Positions 12,750 through 24,550 of a stretch of 64,000 nt of DNA are shown piece after piece. The stretch is from Lophium mytilinum. Its lineage: Eukaryota. Numbering within the stretch: position 1 is the first letter of the stretch; each line of letters opens with the position of its first letter. The position numbers and the translations under genes were made by a program. The stretch covers positions 310,001 to 374,000 of the forward strand of contig MU004197.1 in the NCBI GenBank assembly GCA_010093605.1, in the 5' to 3' direction. The notes beneath the pieces are model-generated. The model worked only from the letters and a program-made list of their open reading frames with translations. It searched no databases and had not been told where the DNA came from.

Positions 12750-13332
12750 TTACTCATCATACTCCCCTTCAGCATCCATCTCATCATCCACCACGAACCC
12801 ATCACCGCCATCGTATTTGTCATTCTCTCCACCATCGTCTTCCTCATCATCCCCATTTCCGCCTGCCGCAACACCGCTCGCTCTCCGCGCCGGTCCACTC
12901 CCGCGGTATGTCTCCTTCGGTCCCGTATCTGCCGCCGACTCCTTCGCTACGGCATCGCAAGCATCGATCCAGTCTGCATAGACGTCCACACCGGCGGACA
13001 TGACTGCACGTCTTTGTTAGCCAAGGCTCGAGTCGTGAAAGCTACCCCTCTCCGCAATCTAAATAGGAGGTAAAAGAAGAAGGTGCGCATACAGTTGATA
13101 TTTGTTTGGAAATCCTGACCACACACTTTGCAGTTGAGCCTGCCGATACCGAGCTTCTTTTCGAGGGTTACCGAGACCGAGTTCTCGTGGTTGCAGAATA
13201 GGCACTGGAAAGTCGTGGGGAGTTTTTCCTTCTGCAGACGCGAACATGTTAGTAGATTCGCAAGATGATAAGGAGTGAGGACCGTACCTTCTTCGCCGCC
13301 ATGGGCTTTGAGGCCTTCTTGCGTTTGCCCAT
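12750..13332 (-). CDS. ELF1: Transcription elongation factor Elf1 (zinc ribbon, 2 introns)
   Basis: MGKRKKASKP..; LPTTFQCLFCNHENSV..CKVCGQDFQ; VDVYADWIDACD; acidic tail. Confidence 0.95.
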
Positions 13333-13903
13333 GGTGTTTGTGTTGTGAAAGTGAGTTGGTTGCGCACTAGAATAAGGTGGTGGTGGTGGTAGTGGTCAAC
13401 TGCAGTTGATTTCGTTGCGTAAACAAAGACGGGCGCCGCAAATGATGCACCTAATAACGGACGCCTTGGAGTGAATGCGTTCCTGCATCGCCCTCGCTCC
13501 GATCCGGCACGCGCGCCAAGAGCCTCACGCTCACCGCCCGATAAGCAGCTCCAATCAGCTCTCTCCCACTCAGGCCCCTCGCCGACGGAGCTCCCCGCGA
13601 ATGCATCGTGGTGCAACGCTCAGGGCCACCTTCCAATTAGCTACAGGATCACAAATCTCTATTTAACCCGCCCATTCCCGCGCTGCTTCTGCTCTTCTTT
13701 CTTCTTCTTTTTTTTGCCTCTCCCATTTTTCCTTGGAGGGGTCACCACACGCTCAATTCTATCCCACTCTTCCCGTCTATCCTGTGTCTCAAGCTAGCCC
13801 CAGAAGGATTGGCTAAGTGGTCTTTCAGTGTCAGCACATCTCACTTTGTCAATTGTAATCCAGTCGCTTGGGCTTTCTTTGTCTCGACTTCCCAATTGCA
13901 GCA

Positions 13904-16203
13904 ATGGCGTCGGATACAACCGATCCTGTGCTCGGTCAGATATTGGAGGGGTTGGCGGCACTCCGTAAGGACAATGCTACCCTCGCATCAGCTGTTGACG
14001 AGATTAACGGCCGTGTGAACATGTTGGCGGGGGTCAAGCAGCTACATGATGTTGCTGCTGCGGCGAATGGTTCCTCAGCGCCCGTGAAGGCGGAGGAGAA
14101 GCCAGCGGAGACCGTTGCGAGCCTTAGTGAGACATATGAGGGTGCCCCCACTGCTGCTGAAGTGCCCAAGGAACGCCGTGCCAGCACAACCTCCAAGATC
14201 ATTCTCACAAGTTATCCTGGTCAGGCGGGCGTGGACCCGTTGCCTATGGATTGGGGCAATAAGGACCCGAATGTTCGAGGTCCAGTCGTAGTCTCTAGAC
14301 ATCCGAACACCTTTCGTCGACGAAATGGTAAATAAGTTCTCCTTATTCGACCCCTGTCTCTCCCCTCCACTGCTATCACAAATGTCCACAATACTCACAT
14401 GTCCAAGCTCTCGGTGCCCATGGCGGCTCCTACTCCATCTACCACGCCCTCGCCGTCGCCAGCAAAGAGCTCGATGTCTCGCACAAGCCTGATTTCACCA
14501 ACACGGAGCCCGCCGCCGACATAGGACCATTCCCGCAATGGAGTGATAAGAAGAAGATCGTGTCCATGGACCCTCTAGGCCATCTTGCCCCCTGGCTCTT
14601 CGCCGAGACCATCACCAAGGACAACGTCGAGATCCGGCCCACCATCGCCATCACCCGCGCGCACATGAAGCTGCCCGAGCTCGAAGAGAGCGTCCGCAAA
14701 GGACGCCTCGTACCAGACGGCAAGATCTGCCTCAACTCATCCGGCGAGCTAGCAGTCACCAAGTTTGCGGTCGAGCCCGTGTGGTATCTCCCCGGCGTAG
14801 CCGAGCGATTCGGAATCGACGAGGGAACGCTCCGGCGAGCATTATTCGAAGAGACCGGCGGCTCATACCCCGAGCTCATCACCCGCGGCGACATCAAAGT
14901 CTTCCTCCCCCCCATAGGCGGCCTAACCGTCTACTGCTTCGGCGACCCAGCCAAGATGTCCGACCCTAACGTGCGTCTCGCGCTGCGCGTGCACGACGAG
15001 TGCAACGGCTCCGACGTCTTTGGCAGCGACATCTGCACCTGCCGCCCCTATCTCATCTTCGGTGTCGAGGAGGCGGTCAAGGAGGCGCAGAAGGGCGGGT
15101 CTGGCGTCGTGATCTACTTCCGAAAGGAGGGTCGCGCGCTGGGCGAGGTGACGAAGTATCTGGTCTATAATGCTCGTAAGCGTGGTACGGATCGCGCGAG
15201 TGAGTATTTTCAGCGCACGGAGAATATTGCGGGGGTTAAGGATATGCGGTTCCAGGCGTTGATGCCGGATGTGAGTTTGTCCCTACTCCTCCCCATTCTA
15301 CTGCGGCAAGAATGAAGGTTCGACTTGGGATTCGACGTCTCCCTAAAAGAGAGTGCTGGAGATGTATCTCATACGTACCGCTCGCCGCACAACAGGCTCT
15401 CAATTTACTAACCATCATACGCATGCAGATCCTGCATTGGTTGGGAATCACCAAGATCGATCGCATGCTCAGCATGTCCAAGTACGTTGCACCCCTCCTT
15501 TCCACTACATCGCTGCCCCTCAACACCAAGCCGCCCAGCTCGCCACTGCACACACACTTCCCCACTTTACACTCCCCAACATCCTGCACAAAACACGAGC
15601 TTTGCAACACAGCGATCGGCTTCCCCGACCTCGTCCTCCCAAACTACACATCCAATCCTGGTCAATCACTTACTAACACGCCCACAGCATGAAACACGAC
15701 GCCATCGTCGAGCAAGGCATCCCGATCCACGAGCGCGTTCCCATCCCCGACGACATGATCCCCGAGGACAGCCGCGTGGAGATAGACGCGAAGATCTTTG
15801 CTGGCTACTGTACGTTGCCCCCCTCCCTTTCCCTATTTCCCTACTTCCCAACCCTCTCTTTCTTCTAAAAGTGATCGCCCGGCTGGATCGGCACACCCGC
15901 AGCGATAGCCGTTTCTCGGTGTGGAGGGCTAGCAGTTCTAGACGCGCTTGGCTGTGCGCCGATCGGCGCATGCGGGGTGGAGGGGTGGCGATCTGGGCTC
16001 AAGGGTGTTTCATTCTAGACTCACGGGCTTGTTTGTGTGTGTGGGTTTTGGTATATGAAGCTAATGTAACGTAGTCACGACTGGCAAGGTCATGTCGATG
16101 GAGGAGTTGCAGAATGTTAAGGGGAGGGGGTGGGATGATGTTGATGTGAGTATTCTGCTTTCTGTGAGTCTGTATGGGTTGTAGCTGATGTTGATAGCAC
16201 TGA
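13904..16203 (+). CDS. URC1: GTP cyclohydrolase II-like uracil catabolism protein (Urc1/Urg1 family), about 5 introns
   Basis: GAHGGSYSIYHALA; IRPTIAITRAHM; LRVHDECNGSDVFGSDICTCRPYL; FRKEGRALGEVTKYLVYNAR; MSNMKHDAIV; IDAKIFAGYF. Confidence 0.9.
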
Positions 16204-18270
16204 TCACTTCGACTATGATTGTGAGATGGAGAGGTGAGTGTGGTACGGACGATGGAGACAAGACGAAAGCTGTAGGTCCTATACGTGCTTGGTGCGAGAA
16301 TGCGAGAACGTCACGGGCAGTTGCGACGGTGCTGCGGTGTCTTGAGCGATGGGTGCTTAGAATGGGCGGTCCTTGTTTGCGAAAATGTGAATTGAAGAAA
16401 CTGCGAATTGATACAATACTTTCGTGATGTCGCTGCTGAGTCCAGATGAGTGAGGATGATACAAGGATAGCAACGCAACTTGGGTCTTCCGAGCCCTTCA
16501 ACATGTCTCCGACCTTCATGCCGCGACAGGACGCTGAGTGCGGCAGGTTAGGAGTATACAGACGTCGTGGTGGGGCGTACTGATTGGTAGCTGTGCTATG
16601 CTATCGCCGTAGAAGTAGTCTCACGACATCAACGTGGGTGATAGTATGGAGGATTGAAAGAGAGTTTACAAGGCTAGCAGATAAGCTAGGATATACAGAG
16701 ATGTAACTGAGGATTGGATCGCACTCCCGCTAGTAGTGCTCGAGCTCCTTTGGAGATATCCTGCTGGATGAGTGCACTGGATTACGCTCACGCTCACGCT
16801 CCTGATTCTCGAGATTCTGCGCACGACGCCTGCATGTACACTGTTAGGTGAGTGCACACCCACGCCAAATCGTCCGAGGATCAGGATTGAGAGTAAACGT
16901 TAACTAGTGCATGCCGATAGAGCATCTCATCAACCACAACCGAGGCGGAGCCAAGTACGATACTTGGTCACCTACGTTCTATGCCAATGTTGCCTAGAAC
17001 AAGCAACTAAACACCAGGCCTCTACAAAGTAGTTGGCCAGCGCGCGGAGGATAAGCAAAACACCATAGGGTCCGGTTCCTTCCTTCCCCGCACCGTGTCG
17101 CAGCCGTTGTGGAGTCTGACATGCATCTCCACCGCGCACCTGACACTCGCGGTAGCAAGTAAGAAAGCGGTTACAAGGCTGACGCCTCCGACTCTAGGGC
17201 TGGGCAGCCAGTCAACGCGCCGGGAGCCGGAGTGCTCATCGTCGAAGCGGGTGATTCGCTCCGGCGCGGGCCGTTGGCTGCCTGGGGGCGGTTTTGGGAG
17301 CCGTTGAAAGGATTCCCGCTATCGCAGCTAAGCAGGTTTTTGGGCGCGGGTGGGATTCTTGGAGGTGTCGAACGGGTTTTTGCTGCGGTTATCGAAGGGT
17401 GTTAGTAGTGGGGAGGAGCCAGTGGAGAGGGGCGAAGTTGTATACGCCGGAGTCGGCGCTGTAGTGAAGTGCAAGATAGGAAGGGAGCGGCGGTGTTTAG
17501 GTGTGTTAGTAAGGACAGAACGCGTAGACCGTCTATCAATAATGTATCAGACGATGAAATTGTGGAGAGTTGCAGATGGAGGTGATATATAGCAGGGGCT
17601 TGATTGAGGGTCCAGATGCGTCGCATGGTATGGCCTCGTTTGGGCAAAGATATGGACAGAATGTAGAGGTACTTCCCGACTCAGCCAGCACTGTGCGAGG
17701 CTGTCGTGTCTTTTGCGGTACCGGATTCCCGTAGTGGTGTGCAAACCTGTGGCCTCATCACGGCTAGGGCTGCTCGCATATGCCATGCTGCCCGTCGCGA
17801 GGGTGTGCTGCCCGGTAGCGTCGCCAGGGGGTGTGAAGTCCGGACGAGTGGGCTACAGGCACCCTGCGAGCTGGCATTGAAGCCGAGAGACTCGATTGGG
17901 ATGCATTACAGCGCTTCTGAAACCTCCGAAGCACTGGCTGTCCAGGAGGGTAAGTTTCAGCGCCGAGAAGCACGCTGCGGCACCAGTCCACGCGATGCGG
18001 GAGTGGGGTGCAAGGCGTGAGGTGGGCTGGTTTAGGTGGACTGGTGCGAGAGACTGGCGGCCAGCGTGCGTTGCAGGCGCTGTACGTGTCGTGCTCGAAG
18101 TGGTTGTGCTGCGTGTCGGCTGGGCAACGAGAGCACGAGTCGGGAAGAAGAGCGATGACGACAAGACTGTTGGACGAGATGACGGGAGAGGAGCAGCACC
18201 ATGGTGAGAGTGTGGGAGACAAAAGAAACGGCGGCAGTGTGCGGAGGAAGCATCGTGATCGCGGCGTGGG

Positions 18271-18303
18271 TGAGCGATGAGCGATGAGCGATGAGCGATG
18301 ATG
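18271..18303. repeat. (TGAGCGA)n minisatellite, about 4.5 units
   Basis: tgagcgatgagcgatgagcgatgagcgatgatg. Confidence 0.85.
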
Positions 18304-19336
18304 AGAGCGGAGGCTTGCGGCAGCGGGAGACTCATCCGCGAATCCTTCCAGGTTCCTGGACATGCACCATCTCAAAAACCCTTGGAAGCCAGCACGACGA
18401 GATGTACACTTTCCTGTACTGCGTCCATGTATCGTTGTATCCAAGTCTCCCACGCGACTCCCCAAGCACGGCTATTCCTCCCGGAGACGTCTTCCCCTCA
18501 GTCTCGACACCTCCCCCGGCACCCTCGCCGGTGTTGGGACTCGAGGCGCTGACGTCCGGCCATACAAGATGCAATTTGATCCCCAACGTCTGAACTGGCC
18601 CTCGTCCGCAGACTCGAGTCGCGATAGACAGGGAGCGTGGCGGCCAGGCCAGCCCTCCCGCGCTCCCCGTCACCGATGGAGGCCATGATGCCAATCAGGG
18701 ACACATATATGCTGCCCTAACCTCTCCTTAACCACCCATTTCCCTGCCCGCCGACTGCTACTGCAACAACACACGCCTCATGCCTCGCACCATTTTGATT
18801 GAATGAATGACTTGCTCCTGGCCCCGCTCGCCCAAGCCCAGCAGGCCCAGCAGTCCACTTCGCGCTGCATCGCGACCACCCACCGCTCTCCACGCCGCTG
18901 ACTCGCACCCGCTTCCCACGGTACGGCTGACAGCGCAGCGGGCCAGGCTTGCTGCAGCGGAGCGACGGCACAAGCAAAAAAGACAACGGGCCCACGCTGC
19001 ATAACCGCCCTAGTCAGACAACGCATGGGATCCCAGCGGCGGATATATCCCGAGCAGTGAATTGCACCGGCCCTGCTTGTTCTCAGCTCGCCCCGTGGAA
19101 CTCAAATCTCTCGAGACTCGCTGCTGACTGACGTTGCCATTACTTTTACTCTCCACTACAAAACGAAGCCGTGACGCTCTCCTGTTCACGACCCTTTCAC
19201 GACTCGACTACGACTTTACGACTGCGCATTTATTGCTGCCTACGATACCCACTCAACGATTAACGACTCGACCATTCCGACTTACGACCATACCTCACTG
19301 CGTGTTCTCCCATCTACCACCAGACCACTATCCACA

Positions 19337-19804
19337 ATGGCGAACCGCTTCTACATCTCCCTCCCAGCGCCCTGCCCAGCAAAGCCCGCCAACCGCCGCC
19401 CTCCGCTCACTCCCTCCACTGTCTCAGCGCCCTCCCTGAGCGCATGTACACCCACCGTGTCCCGTCGTGACAGTGGCAGCGGCAGTCCCACCAAGGCGAC
19501 GTCACTTCTTGCAAAGGTGGCATCGCACCCTTCAACGCCACGCCGCGGCATGACACCTGCATCCTCGCCACTGCCCTCGCCCTCACCGAAGTCACCAGAG
19601 GAGCACAACTCGCCACTGTACACCCCACGCGAGAAGGACGGAAGGCCAATGATATGGAGACACGACTCGGCACGCCATTTCCACCGCCATCAGTCGCAGG
19701 ACGGCTACATCAGCTTCCCCGACTTCGAGAAGTTCTGCCAGACGCAAGAGTACCAGGCAAGAGAGGAGCATCAAAATGCCCAGAGAACGGCGGTGAAGAC
19801 GTGA
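19337..19804 (+). CDS. Small Ser/Pro-rich hypothetical protein (155 aa)
   Basis: ATG in good context (cacaATGG); disordered S/P body followed by an ordered-looking motif SQDGYISFPDFEKF. Confidence 0.65.
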   Translation: MANRFYISLPAPCPAKPANRRPPLTPSTVSAPSLSACTPTVSRRDSGSGSPTKATSLLAKVASHPSTPRRGMTPASSPLPSPSPKSPEEHNSPLYTPREKDGRPMIWRHDSARHFHRHQSQDGYISFPDFEKFCQTQEYQAREEHQNAQRTAVKT

Positions 19805-20709
19805 AGAGACGCGCGGAGTGAAGGATGGAACGTGCTTCAAGAGGAAGTGCTATGCTGAGACCAGGAAAGTCTCAGCCTAATCAACAAACAAATGTCTTAC
19901 TACGACTTTTATCTCCCGCGTTATCGGAGGCTACACCGTGTTTTGGGATTATCCGGTTGTTAGACGGAGACGGAGTGGTGTGTATGCGATAGGGCGAAGT
20001 CTATCGGGATCGAAGAGCACAGCATCGCCCATCGGCTCCATGGCCCGATTAGAGGCGGCATTCCTTGCAGGACGCCATCGGAAGGAAGTCATCGCCTGAA
20101 TGGTTCCACTCCTACTACAGAGTGTTGAAACGATAGTCACTGGTCATCTTCACGAGACAAGTCTCAGGTCTGATGTCCTCCTCGAGGCCGCTGTCACATC
20201 GTTCCTGAAGCGTACGGCGGCATCAATTAGCATTCATTAGCGAAGTCGTCTCACATGGACAGGCATGACGGGGAAAGCTTGGGAAAGGTCGCATTCGATA
20301 CCCCACCTACAGCTCGTGGTCCTATTATCGAACAGCAGATCGGCATCGATTGCTTCTTGATGCTAGATTGGAGGGACTGTCAGGTCAAAGAGTCTCCCAG
20401 CGCCGGCGTTTGCGGAGTATGTAAATAGACGCTCTTGCTAGCGTTCTTACTCAATTTAATACATGATACCACGACTTTTGAAAACCTATCTTGACAACTT
20501 CGTGATTTCGCCGTGATAAAGTTCTGTGATGCTCTTGCCGGACTCCCAGATCGCGGCTCCAATTGTTGTGAGTGCCAAGGCCGGAAAAACTATGCCGCCG
20601 GACTCGCTTCGGAAGGAGCCCACGACCGCTCCACCCGCAAAATCAATCTTGACGACGACCTCGTGCATCTCCAACCTCACGTCTCTTCCAGCACAACAGT
20701 CTATCCAAC

Positions 20710-21936
20710 ATGGCTGTCGGGTACGTCTAAATCCAATCTCCCCATTACGCTCGTCATTTTGCTCTGGACATTACTTTATGGACAACCCCGCACGGCCAAT
20801 AAATCTTCAATCGACATCGAAGCGCAGACAGTGGCGGCATGGCTTTGAGAAGATCATTGGGATGTGCGAGACTCTGCAAAGTAATCCTAGAGCCTGCACA
20901 TTTAACTTTCAATTGCGCATTTGAAGACCTTAGCTAACATTAATTTTCTACAGCAAGAACAAGGTACATCAAACCAGAACCACCCGCATTACACTCCGTC
21001 GCATACTAAACATCCGGTCAGAGACTTTCCAAGGGAAAGAAGGGCCTCAAGAAGCGAACCGACCCCTTCGCGAAGAAGGACTGGTACAACATCAAGGGTG
21101 AGATTGGCAGACGACTTCGCACTCTTGGATGCCATACTGAAGGAAGTACCAGCACCGGGCACCTTCCAGGTCCGCGATGTCGGCAAAACGCTCGTAAACC
21201 GCACCACCGGTCTCAAGAACGCCAACGATGCCCTCAAGGGCCGGATAGTCGAGGTTTCGCTCGCCGATCTGCAGAAGGATGAGGACCATGCGTTCCGCAA
21301 GGTCAAGCTACGCGTCGACGAGGTGCAGGGCAAGAACTGCCTGACCAACTTCCACGGCCTCGACTTCACCTCGGACAAGCTGCGCTCGCTGGTGCGCAAG
21401 TGGCAAACCCTCATCGAGGCCAACGTCGTCGTCAAGACCACCGACGACTACCTCCTCCGCCTCTTCGCCATCGCCTTCACCAAGAGGCGGCCCAACCAGA
21501 TCAAGAAGACCACCTATGCCGCATCTTCGCAGATCCGTGCCATCCGGAAGAAGATGACCGAGATCATGACGCGTGAGGCGAGCAGCTGCACGCTTTCTCA
21601 GCTTACCCACAAGCTGATCCCCGAGGTCATTGGCCGCGAGATTGAGAAGGCCGCGCAGGGCATCTACCCCCTCCAGAACGTATGTTCACGGTTCTCAAGA
21701 TTGTGATTGTAGTATCAGGCTGACACTTCTCAGGTGCACGTACGAAAGGTCAAGCTGTTGAAGTCCCCCAAGTTCGACCTGGGCGCTCTCCTCGGTCTAC
21801 ATGGCGAGTCTTCGGCGAACGATTCGGGAGAGAAGGTACGTTCCCACCCCCTCCACCACTCAAGCCCTTCGAAACCCATCTTAACAAATTACAGGTCGAG
21901 CGGGAATTCAAGGAGACTGTCCTCGAGGCCGTCTAG
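20710..21936 (+). CDS. RPS1: 40S ribosomal protein eS1 (S3a), 5 introns including a 10-nt micro-exon
   Basis: [74 protein letters not shown]. Confidence 0.97.
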
Positions 21937-22201
21937 ATTCAGCTTCGCACAAAAAGTGTGGGTTGCTGAAGTTTATGACGCTGGTTGTTGGGGCTCGGCT
22001 TCTTTTCTCATTGGCATCGGTCAAGGTGTTTTCTGTTCAAAGGTTATCAACACAATGACCAAAAATCGAATCAAGTAGCTTGAACTCATCACCCGGTTTT
22101 TGCTGCATGTCTTGGAATGAGGAGAGAGATGTCCGGGATGCAGGAGATGTGGAAGAGGTGCAGACGGAATGTTTGCGTGTGTGAGGATAATGAGACGGCT
22201 T

Positions 22202-23099
22202 GCCCAACATGCCCATCCCTTCGATTTTCTTGTGAAACTCGACTACCTCGAACTCTCGATTTTCTCGCCCTATATTCCCGAACTTCTAACCCCTACCAAA
22301 TTACTGCTAACCATGCACTAACCCACCATCTAGACCCTTTCCCCTTCCCAACCCAAAAAGACCCACTCCCACACACCCAACTCCCGTCTCCCCAAAATGT
22401 CCAATATCCCATTTTAACACCCCATCCCCTCCCTTTCAAAACCCTCACACCTACGAGTTAGCGTATCCCCAGTCCAGCATAGCGCCCGCCCCGGCCCTGC
22501 GGCCGCTGCCGCGCCAACACACGTGGCTGTCTGGACACCGCTACATCCCAGATGCGAAAGTGGATCTGGAAATGTGGTTAACTTTGACTTCGGCCGGGGC
22601 CGGGCATGGCGTGGTTAGGGGATGTTGTTAGGGGGAGGTGAGGTGGCGGGGTTCACCGCTGTTTCGGGGGGGAGAGAGTGGGGGACAGAGGAATTGGGAT
22701 GAGTGTTTGAGGCTGATCGGTGAGTGTGATGTTCTGTGAGGAGGAGCGGTGGCATGGTATGATGGGAGGGGAAGTGGGATGTTGGGAGTTGGGAGTTGGA
22801 AGGTCAGGGGGTGGTGGGCATGGGAAGAGTTGGTTGTGGGAGATGAGGGATGACGTTGAGGTTGTGATAACGGGTTCTGCAGGTTCGAACTTTGTGGTTT
22901 GAGTTTGGAAGCGTAGTGTATGCAGGGTGGATGCAGAGTGATTGCAGACGGTTTCGGAGGTGCAGTAGGATGTGGGATGACGTGTCTGTAGAGTTCTAGG
23001 GTCTGTGGTAGTGTGCGTAGGATGCAGTAAGTATGCCGCTACGAAAGCATCGTCCAACGTGTCTTATCTTGCTTTCCATCTTGCTGCGCATGTGCGGGC
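22202..23099 (+). ncRNA. Candidate long structured non-coding RNA of unknown class
   Basis: Nested long-range complementarities, a GC-rich core with a GAAA tetraloop, and no credible ORF (see findings). Confidence 0.4.
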
Positions 23100-23358
23100 T
23101 CTTAGCTTGTTTTGATTACTTTGTCTTGCTTTGTTCACTGATTGGCGGGGAGTAGAGGTTGTAGTGTTCCGCTTTTGATATTTGATATAGTCGGCTTCAT
23201 TTGCGCCTGCAAGTGTTATATGAGCCTTCTCTGCACCCAGGATCCTTACTCTTCGGTCTCCGGACTCGATTCAACCTTCGGAGCATCATCCTCTTCGTCC
23301 CACGTTCCTACTCTCAGCATTCGGACGCTTGGTGTCCTTTCAACAATCGTATACATCG

Positions 23359-24215
23359 CTAATCCCGGGTTCCCTCCAACGACTTCCCCATAAACTTCCT
23401 CTTCGTAAAGCTCAGCCACCATTTACTCGGCGTCGTCGCGCCATCCGCGTACACGCGAGCCAACAGCCGCTGCGCTAGCTCCTGCCGCATCTGCATGATG
23501 TACTGCCGTAGCTGCTCGGCCTGGCTCCGGTCGCGGGGTGCCTCGAAGGCTTGGTTGAGGGGGAAGGAGGCGTCGCCGGGGATGGGGAAGTTGGTGTCTA
23601 GGGCGACGTTTGTGACGGACTAGGTTGAGGTGCGAGTTAGCTTATGTGCTCGAGTATGTGTGTGTTCCGTGATTTGGGTCTTGAGGTGCTGCGAAACTTT
23701 GTCCTTCCCCGTAGTCTATTTTGACGGAATGGAGCATAGATTTTATAGGGAGGAATGTATGGTACCTTCTCCGCATCTCTCCGGCTCATTCCTGGCTTGA
23801 TCTTCCCTAATATCTCGCTCACATACAGGATCCCATAGATGAGCACGCGGTCTGCGGGGCCCTTGATCTCAAAGTTGCGGAAGAAGGTGTTGGCGCGGAA
23901 AAGGGATAAAATCTCGTCTAGGGGATCGTAGGACTCGTGTGCGGCGTCGATGGTGAGGTCGGTTACATCGGCGGGGAGGGGTGGAAGTTGCATGGCGGGG
24001 CCGCGCGTGCGGGTTCGGAGGGGGAGGAGGGCGAAGTTGCCTAGGAATTGTTAGAGGGGTCATTTGAGAGCTCGCGCTGGAAGCTAGGGGAGACAAAGCA
24101 TACCGATTAGCTGCTGATTTGGCTCATCGAGGAAGACGGAGTGGTAGGCCTATTTGTCGTTGTTAGTATTGTGGGAGCAGGGAGAATGAATGAAGGGGTT
24201 AGAGCGTACCGGCAT
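23359..24215 (-). CDS. ARC18: Arp2/3 complex 21-kDa subunit (ARPC3), 3 introns
   Basis: MP|AYHSVFL; LLPLRTRTRGPA; LFRANTFFRNFEIKGPADRVLIYG; FPIPGDASFPLN; SKWWLSFTKRKFMGKSL. Confidence 0.96.
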
Positions 24216-24550
24216 GTTGGGTGTATAGGCCTACAGAAGGCGACAGATTGGGGGAAAGACGAGAATTGGGCAGCGTCTGTTCGTGTTGTGCTTACTGCGA
24301 AGCATTGATGTCGTATGTGGTGGTGAGCTCGTAGGGCTGAAGTGGGAGATTTATTACGCTATGTTAGATTGAGATAAGACCCGTAATCTCTTCTTCCAAT
24401 TTACGCGTCCGAACTTCAGCATGTCGTCCGTATCGACATATCTCGTCTTTCAGCTTCCTCACACATTCCCCGTACAATTTCTCGTAACTCACTTCTTGTG
24501 CGAGAGCTCTCGTCTCCTTTTGTTTCCCCGAAACCTATTAAACCTCAAAA

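Noticed and set aside
17764..18465. 233-aa minus-strand ORF and overlapping ORFs
   Set aside because: GC-rich shadow ORFs crossing a minisatellite, with no recognisable motifs
23020..23036. ATACTTAC on the minus strand resembling the U1 snRNA 5' end
   Set aside because: Not followed by CTG or the U1 stem-loops; it is simply the complement of a plus-strand splice donor
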